From: Pseudobdellovibrionaceae bacterium
Lineage (GTDB): Bacteria > Bdellovibrionota > Bdellovibrionia > Bdellovibrionales > UBA1609
Length of the DNA stretch: 64,000 nucleotides
NCBI GenBank assembly: GCA_023898385.1
Contig: CP060220.1
Span: 10,370-74,369 of the forward strand
Direction: 5' to 3'
This document shows, in pieces, positions 1 through 10,041 of this stretch. Below the pieces are notes generated by a model, which saw only the letters and a list, made by a program, of their open reading frames with translations, made no database searches and was not told the origin of the DNA. Position 1 is the stretch's first letter. Every line of letters starts with the position of its first letter. The translations under genes were made by a program, and so were the position numbers.

Positions 1-1
1 G

Positions 2-880
2 TGGAGCTGTGATCTCCAGGCTCTCGCCGATGGGCCGGCATTAGATGCGTGGCAAGTGGGGGATAAATACAACTTAGTGTGTAAGGGTGACGTGCTTGAG
101 GTGGGGCTAAAGCCCACTGCGCAGATCATGTTCAAAGAGAAAAATGATGAATACATATTGCGTATCCTCAACGTGCAGCAGTCGGATCAGCAACAAGCGA
201 CATTTGTTGTGACCGGCTACAAGCCTGGCGAGTATTCACAAAAGTCTTTTGAGATTGGTGATGGATCTGCACGAGTTGAAGTGAAAGATTTATCGTGGAC
301 GGTAACTTCAGTCATTGAGGGGCAGATGGCGCAGCCGTATCCTTCGGCGCCACCAAGGCCATTGGGTTTTCCCGTGTGGGTGTGGACGAGTTTGGGTGTT
401 TTTGCGGTGGTCATTTTGGCTAGCGTGGTCCGTGCAGTCATTAAATATTTTGAGCGAAAACGCTTGTACGAACGAATGGCGAAACAACGTACTGCTTTAG
501 GCCCCTACAACCAGTTAAACAAAGATTTGCGAATTCTACTGCGCAAATACACGGGCAAACGAGTGACAGCCGAGGAAGAAAATTTACTGGCACGAAACTA
601 TCTTCGCGATCTAGAAAGAGAATTTAAGATGTATCTGGTTCGACAGCTCTTAGTGCCAGCAACAGAGTGGAACATACGATTAACGATGAAAGAGATTAAA
701 TCTCGCCACCGTAAAATATATAAAGACCAGGGGCCCCAAATAGAGCGGCTTTTGCGGGAGTTTAGCAAGGCCTCTAAAAATGTCGAGCGCATTCAAATTG
801 TGGATTGTGAGCAGCTTGCCAATATGGTTCGGCATACGGCTGCGAGAATCCATTTACAGACGAGAGTGAAGCCCGTATGA
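2..880 (+). CDS. Membrane-anchored hypothetical protein of the Bat/MoxR locus (5'-partial)
   Basis: The frame is open back to the window edge (WSCDLQALADGPALDAWQVGDKY...). One TM helix (VWVWTSLGVFAVVILASVV). Stop overlaps the batA start. Confidence 0.7.
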   Translation, partial: WSCDLQALADGPALDAWQVGDKYNLVCKGDVLEVGLKPTAQIMFKEKNDEYILRILNVQQSDQQQATFVVTGYKPGEYSQKSFEIGDGSARVEVKDLSWTVTSVIEGQMAQPYPSAPPRPLGFPVWVWTSLGVFAVVILASVVRAVIKYFERKRLYERMAKQRTALGPYNQLNKDLRILLRKYTGKRVTAEEENLLARNYLRDLEREFKMYLVRQLLVPATEWNIRLTMKEIKSRHRKIYKDQGPQIERLLREFSKASKNVERIQIVDCEQLANMVRHTAARIHLQTRVKPV

Positions 881-1881
881 CCGTATGGAACACTCCTTGG
901 GCTTTTTTAGTGTTGATTCCCGTTTTGTTGGTGGTGGCTTATCTGGCCTACCGAAAGGGCCGGCGTCGAGGCGCCATGCAATTCAGTGCAGTGGGTGTTT
1001 TTAAAAATGTGCCCAAAACCCTTAGAGGACTTTTAGCGCCCATACCGACGGCGTTTAAAGTTATCGCACTTGTTTTGGCAGTCATTGCATTGGCGCGGCC
1101 ACAAAGGTCAGACACAAAAATACGGCGCAATGTTGAGGGAATTGACATCGTGCTCGCCCTTGACGTGTCAGACAGTATGTTGATTGAAGACATGCAGCCG
1201 GCAAATCGGCTTGAGTCCTCCAAGAAAACAATCAAAGAATTTGTTGAGAAGCGAGTGTCGGATAGGGTCGGGTTAGTCGTATTTTCGGGTGAGTCCTACA
1301 CGCGTGTTCCATTAACCTTAGATTATGAGCTTTTTCAAAAGAGTTTGTCAGAAGTACAGACCTCAAGAAACATCAAAATGGGTACGGCTATCGGAGTGGC
1401 CCTCGCCAATGCCGTGGGGCGACTGAAGGATTCGACGGCGAAAAGTCGCGTTGTGATATTTCTCACTGACGGAGAAAATAACAGTGGCACTATTGACCCG
1501 ATGACGGCCATTGAAATTGCCAAAGGCTATGGTGTTCGTGTTTACAGTATTGGTATGGGAGTCGATGGAGAAGCCAGGTTGCCCATTTACATCCAGCGCG
1601 GACGCGACAAAATAAAGCAGTATCGGCCAATTCACAGCAAAGTGAACGAAGAGCTGTTGCAGAAAATGGCGGCTGAAACCGGTGGTAAGTACTTTCGAGC
1701 CACCACGTCACAAGCTTTGGACGAAGTTTTCAAAGAAATCAATCAACTTGAAACCACAAAAATTGAAGTGAATAGTTTTACTAAATACACAGAGTTGTTT
1801 CCTCATTATTTATGGTGGGCAGTGGTCTTTTACCTAATGGCATTTGGATTGGCCCGCACTTGGCTGAGGAGGAATCCGTAG
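877..1881 (+). CDS. batA: vWA-domain protein BatA
   Basis: N-terminal BatA-type TM segment, LARPQ motif, MIDAS DVSDS, GTAIG, LTDGENNSG, C-terminal TM. Confidence 0.9.
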   Translation: MTVWNTPWAFLVLIPVLLVVAYLAYRKGRRRGAMQFSAVGVFKNVPKTLRGLLAPIPTAFKVIALVLAVIALARPQRSDTKIRRNVEGIDIVLALDVSDSMLIEDMQPANRLESSKKTIKEFVEKRVSDRVGLVVFSGESYTRVPLTLDYELFQKSLSEVQTSRNIKMGTAIGVALANAVGRLKDSTAKSRVVIFLTDGENNSGTIDPMTAIEIAKGYGVRVYSIGMGVDGEARLPIYIQRGRDKIKQYRPIHSKVNEELLQKMAAETGGKYFRATTSQALDEVFKEINQLETTKIEVNSFTKYTELFPHYLWWAVVFYLMAFGLARTWLRRNP

Positions 1882-2946
1882 ATGATCTATCGGTTTGCTG
1901 ACCCCAATATTCTAAAATGGCTTTGGTTGGTGCCGGTCATAGTGATTTTGGCCTATTTGTTACAGCGATGGCAGCAAAAGAAATTTCAAAGAGTCATTGG
2001 TGGTAAGTTGTCTGGTTTTTTGCTGTCGTCGGTTTCACAAAATAAACGTCGAATAAAGCTTATCCTGGAATCTATTGTTGTGGTGCTTTTTATATTGGCC
2101 CTTGCCAGGCCTCAGTCAGGGGAGCGCACCCAAAAAATTCAGAGCCAAGGTGTAGAGTTGATGCTTCTCGTGGATGTTTCAGAAAGTATGTTGGCGGAAG
2201 ATGTGAAGCCCAGTCGTATGGATTTGGCAAAAACCGAATTGGTGCGACTTTCTGACTCGGGTGGCGGCGACCGCATGGGAGTGATTGCCTTTGCGGGTTC
2301 GGCTATTTTGTTGTCGCCGGTGACGCCTGACAAATCGGCCATCAATATGTATTTAGATTCTCTCGGCACAAACTCCGTGTCTACACAGGGAACGAGTTTT
2401 AAAGAAGCGCTGCAAGCGGCTAGCGACGCATTTAAGCGCGGGGGCATTGAGGAAGATGAAAAATCAGTGGTGACGCAAGCTGTAGTGATGGTGTCTGATG
2501 GAGAAAATCACGATCCCGGAGCCATAGAGATTGCGGAAAAAATGGCCAGCGAAGGCGTACATATTTTCACTCTTGCAGTGGGGACCGAAAAGGGCGGAGC
2601 CATTCCCCTTCGGCAACATGGCCAACTTAAAGGCTATAAAAAGGATTCGTCGGGCCAGGTGGTCATGACACAAACTTCAGGTGAGGCACTAAAGGCCATT
2701 GCGCAAGCCGGAAAAGGTAGTTTTTATCACTTAACATTTGGTGGAAACGCCATATCCAATCTGAGACGGGACCTGGACCAGTTAGAAAAAAGCGAATTTG
2801 ATAGTGCTGAAGTCTCGCAATATGATGAAAACTATCAATGGCCCCTTGGGCTTGCCATTGTGTTGGCGCTCATTGAATTGCTCTTGGGCGAGCGACGACC
2901 CGAGGGTCGAATTTGGAAAGGCCGATTTGAGGTAACAGTTTCATGA
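1882..2946 (+). CDS. batB: vWA-domain protein BatB
   Basis: LARPQ motif, MIDAS DVSES, SDGENH; directly downstream of batA. Confidence 0.85.
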   Translation: MIYRFADPNILKWLWLVPVIVILAYLLQRWQQKKFQRVIGGKLSGFLLSSVSQNKRRIKLILESIVVVLFILALARPQSGERTQKIQSQGVELMLLVDVSESMLAEDVKPSRMDLAKTELVRLSDSGGGDRMGVIAFAGSAILLSPVTPDKSAINMYLDSLGTNSVSTQGTSFKEALQAASDAFKRGGIEEDEKSVVTQAVVMVSDGENHDPGAIEIAEKMASEGVHIFTLAVGTEKGGAIPLRQHGQLKGYKKDSSGQVVMTQTSGEALKAIAQAGKGSFYHLTFGGNAISNLRRDLDQLEKSEFDSAEVSQYDENYQWPLGLAIVLALIELLLGERRPEGRIWKGRFEVTVS

Positions 2947-3884
2947 GTGCCTTGTTGAAATATCTATTCGGTTTGACGTTGATCTTCGCGGTGGTTCCGG
3001 CGAGTGCCTATGATTTAAGAGTTGTACCAGAGAACAATCGGGCCCTCGTGGATTTGATGAAAGCGATTCTGGTAAAGAACGCTGAGCTTTCAATAAAACA
3101 AATGCTTGGCGAGGAAGCTGGGTTAAGTCGTGAAAATTTATTGAAGGTGATAGAGCAACTTAAGAAAGTAAAGCAAGAGGTTCAGAGCAAGCAACTGCAA
3201 AAAGACGCTGATGGTGAGAAAGATGCGTCCTCTGATCAAGTTCAACTGATTGATGGATTGATAGAGCAGTATGAAAACCTGCTTGAATCTGAACAATGGA
3301 ATGCCGAAATCTACGCCGCCGACGCCCATAAAAGACTTATTGAGGCGTTAATGTACGAGCCATTTATGCCACTGCTGCATTTCAATTTGGCGCAAGTCTA
3401 TTCGGTGAATGGTGAAAGTGAAAAGGCATTAAATGAGTACAACACGGTCATAAATGACCCCCAAACAAAACTAGAGTTAAAGTTTTTAGCCCGGTTCAAT
3501 GCCGGCAATGAGGCCAGTCGGGCTGGTAAAATAGACCTTGCGCTTGAACATTTTCAGGCAGCGCTTGCGATTAACCCTGAGTCAATCGAGGTGAAGACCA
3601 ATATTGAACTCCTGTGGCGGCAAAATCAAGGCGGCGGTGGTGGCGGTGGTAAGTCCAAAGAGGGGGAAGGTGATGGAGAAGGCGAAGGTTCTGAAAATAA
3701 AGAACCTGACGAAAATACTCAATACACAAATCAACCCCAACAAAATCGTCCGTTTAACAGTAAAGAATTAACAAAAAACGACGTGCGAAAAATTTTGGAT
3801 GAACTTCTAGATCAGGAACAAGAAATTAGAGCCAAAGAATACGACAAACAACCAAAGGAGAGACCTCGTGGCAAAGATTGGTAG
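2943..3884 (+). CDS. TPR protein, BatC-like
   Basis: Signal peptide, TPR-like helices (FNAGNEASRAGKIDLALEHFQAALAINP), Gly/Glu/Gln-rich linker and C-terminal ...RPRGKDW, typical of BatC. Confidence 0.75.
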   Translation: MSALLKYLFGLTLIFAVVPASAYDLRVVPENNRALVDLMKAILVKNAELSIKQMLGEEAGLSRENLLKVIEQLKKVKQEVQSKQLQKDADGEKDASSDQVQLIDGLIEQYENLLESEQWNAEIYAADAHKRLIEALMYEPFMPLLHFNLAQVYSVNGESEKALNEYNTVINDPQTKLELKFLARFNAGNEASRAGKIDLALEHFQAALAINPESIEVKTNIELLWRQNQGGGGGGGKSKEGEGDGEGEGSENKEPDENTQYTNQPQQNRPFNSKELTKNDVRKILDELLDQEQEIRAKEYDKQPKERPRGKDW

Positions 3885-5763
3885 AAGCCTATTGGGTGTA
3901 TTGGTTTTTGTGTGGAGTGTTGTTGCCTTTGCCGATGTAAAGGTGACGGCCGAGCTGGATCGCCAAAAGGTGAACCAGGGTGAGACTTTTAATTACATCA
4001 TCACTGTTGAATCCACTGACAGCGTTTCTGTCGGTGAACCCAGGTTGCCCAGTCTAACCGGAGTGAGTTTGCTAGATGCCTCTAAGTCATCAAGTAGTTC
4101 CACAAGTTTCATTAATGGTAAGTTCGAGTATTTGCAGACCTTACGCTATGTCTATGTGTTGCAAGCCGAGCAAGTGGGCAAACACCAAATCGGCACCACA
4201 GAAGTTGTGGTCGATAGCAAAAGTTACCTGACCGCAGCTGTAAATGTAGAAGTGGTGGCTGGTGGTGCACCGGCGCCCCCGATTGCCGGTGGTGGCGGGG
4301 CACCTCAGTCCTTTGACCCCTTTGCCGACGATATCTTTGATCAGTTACTCCAACGCGGCAACCCTCCCGGAGGTTTTAAGACCCAGCCGGTCAATCCCAA
4401 TGAAGCATTTTTTATTCAAGTGGATGTGGATAAATCGAAGGTTTACGAAGGAGAACAGGTCACAGCGTCTTGGTATCTTTATACCAGAGGTAACGTGTTG
4501 ACCATCGATACGCTGAAGTATCCCAGTCTCAATGGATTTTGGAAAGAAGACATCGAAGTGGCCACAAGACTCGATTTTACAAATGAAATGTATGATGGCG
4601 TGGTTTATAGAAAAGCGTTGCTGGCTTCTTATGCCCTGTTCCCGATTAAGTCTGGTCAGGGCATGATTGACCCCTACAAGGCCAGATGCCAAGTGATCAC
4701 GCCTTCAAATTTTGGATTGAGGCGCGCTAATTATTATACAAAAAGCAGCAAGCCGGTGAAAGTTGAGATTTTGCCCTTACCCAAAGAGGGGCAGCCTGCG
4801 GATTTTACCGGTGCTGTCGGACAGTTTGAAGTCACAGCAAAGTTAGATAGTGAGGTCGCAAAGGTCGATCAGCCTGTGACTCTGTTGGTTCGTTTTGATG
4901 GCAAGGGCAATGCGAAGTTGATTGATTTGCCCACCATTGATTTTCCTTCACACTTTGAAGTCTATGACACGCAAAAAGAAAGTCATTTTGAAAAAGATGG
5001 GTCGAGCCATAAAGAATTTAAAGTGCTGTTGATTCCGAGGCAGCAGGGAGATTATGAAATCCCGTCGTTTAGTGTGAGCTTTTTTGATCCAGACAGAGAG
5101 AGTTACTACACGAAGACCATACCGAGCCTACCGATAAAGGTCGCGCCCGGTGATGGAACTAAGGCCATTTCAGACGCGCCCCTTGCCGAGACCGGAGCTG
5201 GCGAAAAATTGCCAGCCATTGTGGAGCCGCCATTGAGTCTTGCGTGGTCCAGTGGGCCACTACTAACAAAAACTCAGCGGGCCACGCTATGGAGTGCTGT
5301 TTTTTCTTTTATTCTCTTGTTCTTGGGTTGGCAAAGTCGCATGGAGTTAGGTTGGGGTCGTAAGCGCCAAGATTTAGAACAGCTTTTAAGACTGCGTCTG
5401 AAAGTGGTGCATCAACACCTAGACAAAGGTGATTGGCGTCAGGTGGGTGTGAGTGTAATGAACACAATGTATATGGTGTTGGGCGAAGTCTCTGGGGAAA
5501 AGGGCGCCAGTGAAGAAATCGAAAAAATGTTTTTAAAAGCCCCGCCCAGTGTTAGGCGTGAAGTGGCCGAGCCTTTACAGAAACTCATGCAGTCCTTTGA
5601 AGTGCTGGCCTTTGCTCCTGAGTCTGTCGTGGGGCCGTTAAAAGATCCTAAAAAACTTAAAGATTTGGTGCAAGCCGTAGACAAGGTCTTATTTAAGGCC
5701 GTACGCTTAGGTGTAGGTACGGAGGAGATGGATTCTTCCGCCAAATCGGAGAAAAATGTTTAG
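3868..5763 (+). CDS. batD: BatD family protein
   Basis: Signal peptide, repeated Ig-like BatD segments, FTGAVGQF motif, C-terminal TM; position in operon. Confidence 0.85.
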   Translation: MAKIGRSLLGVLVFVWSVVAFADVKVTAELDRQKVNQGETFNYIITVESTDSVSVGEPRLPSLTGVSLLDASKSSSSSTSFINGKFEYLQTLRYVYVLQAEQVGKHQIGTTEVVVDSKSYLTAAVNVEVVAGGAPAPPIAGGGGAPQSFDPFADDIFDQLLQRGNPPGGFKTQPVNPNEAFFIQVDVDKSKVYEGEQVTASWYLYTRGNVLTIDTLKYPSLNGFWKEDIEVATRLDFTNEMYDGVVYRKALLASYALFPIKSGQGMIDPYKARCQVITPSNFGLRRANYYTKSSKPVKVEILPLPKEGQPADFTGAVGQFEVTAKLDSEVAKVDQPVTLLVRFDGKGNAKLIDLPTIDFPSHFEVYDTQKESHFEKDGSSHKEFKVLLIPRQQGDYEIPSFSVSFFDPDRESYYTKTIPSLPIKVAPGDGTKAISDAPLAETGAGEKLPAIVEPPLSLAWSSGPLLTKTQRATLWSAVFSFILLFLGWQSRMELGWGRKRQDLEQLLRLRLKVVHQHLDKGDWRQVGVSVMNTMYMVLGEVSGEKGASEEIEKMFLKAPPSVRREVAEPLQKLMQSFEVLAFAPESVVGPLKDPKKLKDLVQAVDKVLFKAVRLGVGTEEMDSSAKSEKNV

Positions 5764-8056
5764 ATCATTTGCTTGCGTCATTTTTTTTATTTTATCGGTG
5801 GCGGAGGCACAGCCTCATAAAGTGACCCTCACTGAGGCCGATCAGTGGCCGCAGCCACGATGGATGCACGACGGAAGCTCCAGTGTGACGGGGCCCGTGC
5901 GCATTCTATATTTGGCAAAAAAAGCAGAATCAGAAGAGAAATTCAAAACCTGTCTGAGCCAACTCAGCAAAGCAGAAAAACGATTTCAAAATATCCAACC
6001 CTGGATAGCTCATCTGCGCCTTCAGTGTGGTCGCCTAGAAGTAAAGAAAGACTCCGAATCTTTGCGGAATCTTTGGGAAACCACAGAGTGGGTCCGGCAA
6101 AATCCGCAGTGGCTGACGGGCAGCCCTTACAGTGCCTCTTTAAGAGAAGAGTATTTAGAGGGGTTAATGAGCGTGGCCGAGGGATATGCGCAGTCTACAC
6201 CCGAACGCGCGTGGACGGCAGTGGAGAATTTATTGGCATTATTCGAATTCCTCAGCACCAGCGAAAAGGCAAAGATACTGAAGCTTGCTGGAGATGTGGC
6301 CCAACAATTGAAAAATCCAAGGGGCGCATTGGCCTACTACCAACGCAGTTTAGATCAAGAGTATGAAACGGCTCTGGCTGTGAAAGTTCAAAGCCTGCGA
6401 AAAAAATTGTTGATCCCAGAGGTGCCATCTTCGAGCGACGGCCAGCCTTCAATGACTGCAGACGCTTCGACACCAGCAGAAAAAGAATTGGCCCAACTAT
6501 TAGAGCGAATGAAAAAATGGGGCCGCAAAGGTGATCATGTCGCTGCTATTGTTGATGGCGTTCGGTTGTTACGTCAATACCCGGCCAGCCCCCAAGCTGA
6601 AATCGCATCCAATCAAGTGTCTGAAAGCCTGAAAGTCGTAGTAAAAGGTGGGGCGCAAAGCAAGATCGAGAAAGTTTTAAGAGAATTAAAAAAGTGTGAC
6701 GGTGACAATCTCAATCGCTGGGCTTTAAGACTGTTTGCACAACGTGAGTATGAGTTGGCTGAAAAACTAGCAGAGGCCAGTGCTGAAAAACTAGAGACAG
6801 CCGGCCAAGGCGCCAGAACATTGTTGTTGATTGCCAAAGGATTTGTAACAGAAGGCGAGTACAATCAGGCCATAAAAATTTACACAAGAATAAGCGACAA
6901 CTACCCCGGCAAAGATTGGGCGCATGAAGCTCGTTACCGCCTAGGATTGGTGAAGTTTCGCCAACAAAAATATGACGAAGCCAAGCCGTTGTTTGAAGGC
7001 TATTTGGCAAATCCCAATCGCGAAGAATTTCGCTTGAGTGCAATGCATTGGCTCTGGCGATCAGAATTAGAACTGAAATCTGAAAAAGCAGCCACGGTGG
7101 CACAGCAGTTGGTGAAAGAGTATCCGCTCACCTATTATGGATTGCGGGCTCGTGCCGAACTCAATGGGGGACAGCTGGAGTGGTCTGATGAGACTCACGC
7201 TCCACTCAAAGCCGAGATGTGGCTCACAGACAGTGAGCAACAAAGCTTTGATCGGTTTAAGCTTTTGCTGCAAGCCGGATGGCTAAAGGCCGCGCAGACC
7301 GAGCTCAGAAGTTTGCCAGATCCTTTGTCTGCTGAAGAAAGGCTTTTACGGGCTCGATTATTTGCCGCATCCATGGACTATTTCACAGCCATTCAGTGGA
7401 CGCAGAAAAGTTGGGAAGACAATCCTGGGTTGAGGGTGAAGCGATTTTTACCGCTGGTGTTTCCAAAGGAGTTTTCAAATCTCGTAGAAACTCAATCTGA
7501 AAAATACGAAGTGGAGCCACTGCTTGTATACGGTTTGATAAAACAAGAAAGTTCGTTTCGCACCAACGCGATAAGCCCTGCGCGGGCCATGGGATTAATG
7601 CAGCTCATGCCGGGCACAGCGCGTGATGTGGCTCGTTACAATCGTACGGGGTCTGTGCAGTTGCCAGATGACATGTTCGATCCTGAAAAAAACGTGTATT
7701 TCGGGACAAGTTATTTAAAGCGCATGATTCGGGCCTTTGATGGACATGTTCCGTTGGCTTTGGCCGCCTACAATGTGGGCATTGGAAACATGCGACGGTT
7801 TTTACGGGGCCGGGATGAACTGTCAGAGCTAGGTAAAAAACAAACCTCTCACTACCTGCACGAAGTGTGGGTGGATGAGTTGCCTTGGGAAGAAACCAGT
7901 TTTTATGTGAAGGCCATCATGCGAAACTTGCTTGTCTACAGAATGCTTGAGCAAAACAGCGTGGGTCTTGCCGATCCTCTTTGGGCACCCGTGGTGATGC
8001 AGACTCCCCTTGAGGCCTCACACCCCAATGATGCAAAGCCAAAACCTGGCCCTTGA
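5756..8056 (+). CDS. slt: Soluble lytic murein transglycosylase with TPR repeats
   Basis: C-terminal SLT motifs IKQESSF, ARAMGLMQLMP, ALAAYNVG, ETSFYV; helical TPR region. Confidence 0.9.
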   Translation: MFRSFACVIFFILSVAEAQPHKVTLTEADQWPQPRWMHDGSSSVTGPVRILYLAKKAESEEKFKTCLSQLSKAEKRFQNIQPWIAHLRLQCGRLEVKKDSESLRNLWETTEWVRQNPQWLTGSPYSASLREEYLEGLMSVAEGYAQSTPERAWTAVENLLALFEFLSTSEKAKILKLAGDVAQQLKNPRGALAYYQRSLDQEYETALAVKVQSLRKKLLIPEVPSSSDGQPSMTADASTPAEKELAQLLERMKKWGRKGDHVAAIVDGVRLLRQYPASPQAEIASNQVSESLKVVVKGGAQSKIEKVLRELKKCDGDNLNRWALRLFAQREYELAEKLAEASAEKLETAGQGARTLLLIAKGFVTEGEYNQAIKIYTRISDNYPGKDWAHEARYRLGLVKFRQQKYDEAKPLFEGYLANPNREEFRLSAMHWLWRSELELKSEKAATVAQQLVKEYPLTYYGLRARAELNGGQLEWSDETHAPLKAEMWLTDSEQQSFDRFKLLLQAGWLKAAQTELRSLPDPLSAEERLLRARLFAASMDYFTAIQWTQKSWEDNPGLRVKRFLPLVFPKEFSNLVETQSEKYEVEPLLVYGLIKQESSFRTNAISPARAMGLMQLMPGTARDVARYNRTGSVQLPDDMFDPEKNVYFGTSYLKRMIRAFDGHVPLALAAYNVGIGNMRRFLRGRDELSELGKKQTSHYLHEVWVDELPWEETSFYVKAIMRNLLVYRMLEQNSVGLADPLWAPVVMQTPLEASHPNDAKPKPGP

Positions 8057-8186
8057 TCGGTCGAGCCCCCCGTCCTCAGCCCTATTGCCTTGCGGCATGA
8101 TTGCTCTAGATTATGGGGTAGGTTAGGATGAAGTTTGAGAGTATCACAGCTTATTTGGGATCTTTCAAAAGATTGGGGTTAGTTTA

Positions 8187-9710
8187 ATGGCAGTATGGTT
8201 GAAGTATGCGGCGCCGTTGGTGGCGGCGTCAGTGGGCCTTTCGGGTTGTTCAACTTTTCGGCAAGCTAAAACGGGCAATGATGACCGAGAGGTTGAAATT
8301 CGCCATGAGTTTTATCAGCAAAACCCGCAGGCCGAAGAGCAAGAAGTCACGGGGCAGGCCGCATCAATTCCCTTAGTGGTAAATCCAAAGGTCAACCAAT
8401 GGATCAATTATTTTCAAGGTCGAGGTCGACCTCATATGGAGCGGTACCTAAGGCGCTCCAGTCGCTATTTGCCAAAAATGAAATCCGTGTTGCGAGAGCG
8501 GGGCCTTCCTGAGGAATTAGTCTATGTGCCTTTAATTGAATCGGGATTTAACCCAGTAGCACACAGTCACGCCAGTGCCGTGGGTTACTGGCAGTTTATT
8601 AGAAGTACTGGCAAGCGATACAACCTTCGAATCGATGGCTATGTGGACGAGCGACGGGATTTTGTGATGTCCACCGAGGCCGCAGCCAATTATTTTTCAG
8701 CCCTTTACAGTCTTTTCGGAGATTGGTACTTGGCCCTGGCCGCCTATAACACTGGTGAAAATCGCGTTAAACGAGCCACCATGCGCTATCACACACGAGA
8801 CTTCTGGGAGCTGGCAGAGGGAAGGAGGCTTCCCCGCGAAACGCGCAATTATGTGCCTAAGTTTATCGCTGCGGCGTTAATTCATAGAGAGCCGCAACGC
8901 TATGGATTCACTGATATCGACTATCAAGAGCCCCTAGCCTATGACCGCTTTGAAGTGACAAAGCCTGTGAGCTTGATCAAGTTGGCAAAAAATATCGATG
9001 TTCCTTATAAAACATTAAAGGCGTTAAATCCGAGCTTTCGAACAGATTATGTTCCTATTTATGGATCTCGACCGCAGCTGATTCGAGTGCCTACGGGGCA
9101 GCGAGATTTAGCTCTCGCGCAAATAGATAACAGCTACAGCAAAAAGCCGTCTTATGTATCTCGTGATTATTTTTACTATCGCGTACGTCGCGGAGATACC
9201 CTTTCTGAAATTGCCCAACGCCATCGTACGAGGATATCCACACTTCGACGGCTTAACGATTTGGGTCGGCGCTCCTTTCTTAGAGTGGGACAAAAGCTGA
9301 AGGTGCCGGTAGCCGGTGGAGTACAGGTGGCAGCGAACGATTCTGGTGATGAAGCACCGGTCAAGGAGACGGCGCAAAGGGCCGCGAGTATTGAAACCTC
9401 CTCTGACGGAACTCACCGGGTGCGACGAGGCGAGAATCTCACGTTGATTGCCAGAAAATATGGAATGAGTGTGAGTGAATTAAGAAGCCTTAATGGTTTA
9501 GGGCGCCGGTCGATGCTTAGGGTGGGGCAGAAATTGAAGGTTTCAGGAGAAGGCTCATCCTCACTGCGAGTTCACGTGGTTCGACGGGGTGAAAATCTGT
9601 CTTTGATTGCTCAGAAGTACGGCACATCGGTACGAGCTTTGGCGCAAGTTAACTCGCTTGAGAATCGCTCACGCATTTTCGCGGGCAAAAAGTTATATAT
9701 TCCTCATTAA
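8187..9710 (+). CDS. mltD: Membrane-bound lytic murein transglycosylase D (lipoprotein, SLT domain plus 3 LysM)
   Basis: Lipobox LSGC, LIESGF, AVGYWQFI, ALAAYNTGE, ETRNYVPK; three LysM repeats (YRVRRGDTL, HRVRRGENL, HVVRRGENL). Confidence 0.92.
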   Translation: MAVWLKYAAPLVAASVGLSGCSTFRQAKTGNDDREVEIRHEFYQQNPQAEEQEVTGQAASIPLVVNPKVNQWINYFQGRGRPHMERYLRRSSRYLPKMKSVLRERGLPEELVYVPLIESGFNPVAHSHASAVGYWQFIRSTGKRYNLRIDGYVDERRDFVMSTEAAANYFSALYSLFGDWYLALAAYNTGENRVKRATMRYHTRDFWELAEGRRLPRETRNYVPKFIAAALIHREPQRYGFTDIDYQEPLAYDRFEVTKPVSLIKLAKNIDVPYKTLKALNPSFRTDYVPIYGSRPQLIRVPTGQRDLALAQIDNSYSKKPSYVSRDYFYYRVRRGDTLSEIAQRHRTRISTLRRLNDLGRRSFLRVGQKLKVPVAGGVQVAANDSGDEAPVKETAQRAASIETSSDGTHRVRRGENLTLIARKYGMSVSELRSLNGLGRRSMLRVGQKLKVSGEGSSSLRVHVVRRGENLSLIAQKYGTSVRALAQVNSLENRSRIFAGKKLYIPH

Positions 9711-9712
9711 AT

Positions 9713-9745
9713 AAAAAAAACCCGCCAGGGTGTTTCCTAGGCGGG
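9713..9745 (-). terminator. Intrinsic terminator oriented for the minus-strand riboswitch transcript
   Basis: Minus strand reads CCCGCC-U-AGG AAACAC CCU-GGCGGG followed by U8. The plus strand has no U-tract after the hairpin. Confidence 0.85.
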
Positions 9746-9801
9746 CTGCAGGGATAAGATCTTCGAGGTTTCCCAAATAAATCCCCAAAAGCCCATTCGA
9801 A

Positions 9802-9887
9802 CCTTTGGCAGCTGGCTGGCATGGCATAAGCCGAAGCCCCTGTAGCTTTGCGTCCCGTGGTTTCCGCACGGTTTGCCCCTACAAAGG
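9802..9887 (-). ncRNA. c-di-GMP-I (GEMM) riboswitch aptamer
   Basis: Minus strand: CCUUUG UAGGGGCAAACCGUGCGGAAACCACGGGACGCAAAGCUACAGGGGCUUCGGCUUAUGCCAUGCCAGCCAGCUGC CAAAGG. It has GGCAAACC, a GAAA tetraloop in P2, GGGACGCAAAGC and a perfect P1 (CCUUUG/CAAAGG). G at the position equivalent to Vc2 G20 indicates c-di-GMP rather than cGAMP type. Confidence 0.93.
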
Positions 9888-9911
9888 AAGAACACTCGAA
9901 GGAAAGTCCAT
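9879..9911 (-). CDS. Candidate micro-ORF MDFPSSVLPL (10 aa) overlapping riboswitch P1
   Basis: AAGGAGG 7 nt before ATG; the last codons are the 5' strand of P1. Unverified. Confidence 0.35.
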   Translation of the reverse strand: MDFPSSVLPL

Positions 9912-9996
9912 AATACGACCTCCTTGTTAGCGAATGTTAATCTCGTTAGTAAGGTCTTCTCATATAAGAGAAGTTTAGAATCTCGCGTGTCTCACG

Positions 9997-10041
9997 CTAC
10001 TTTGGCGGCGGATCAATGCGCCACTTCTTGGGGTCCGTCAT
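9997..10041 (-). CDS. Candidate micro-ORF MTDPKKWRIDPPPK (14 aa)
   Basis: AAGGAG 8 nt before ATG; ends in a PPP motif. Unverified. Confidence 0.35.
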   Translation of the reverse strand: MTDPKKWRIDPPPK

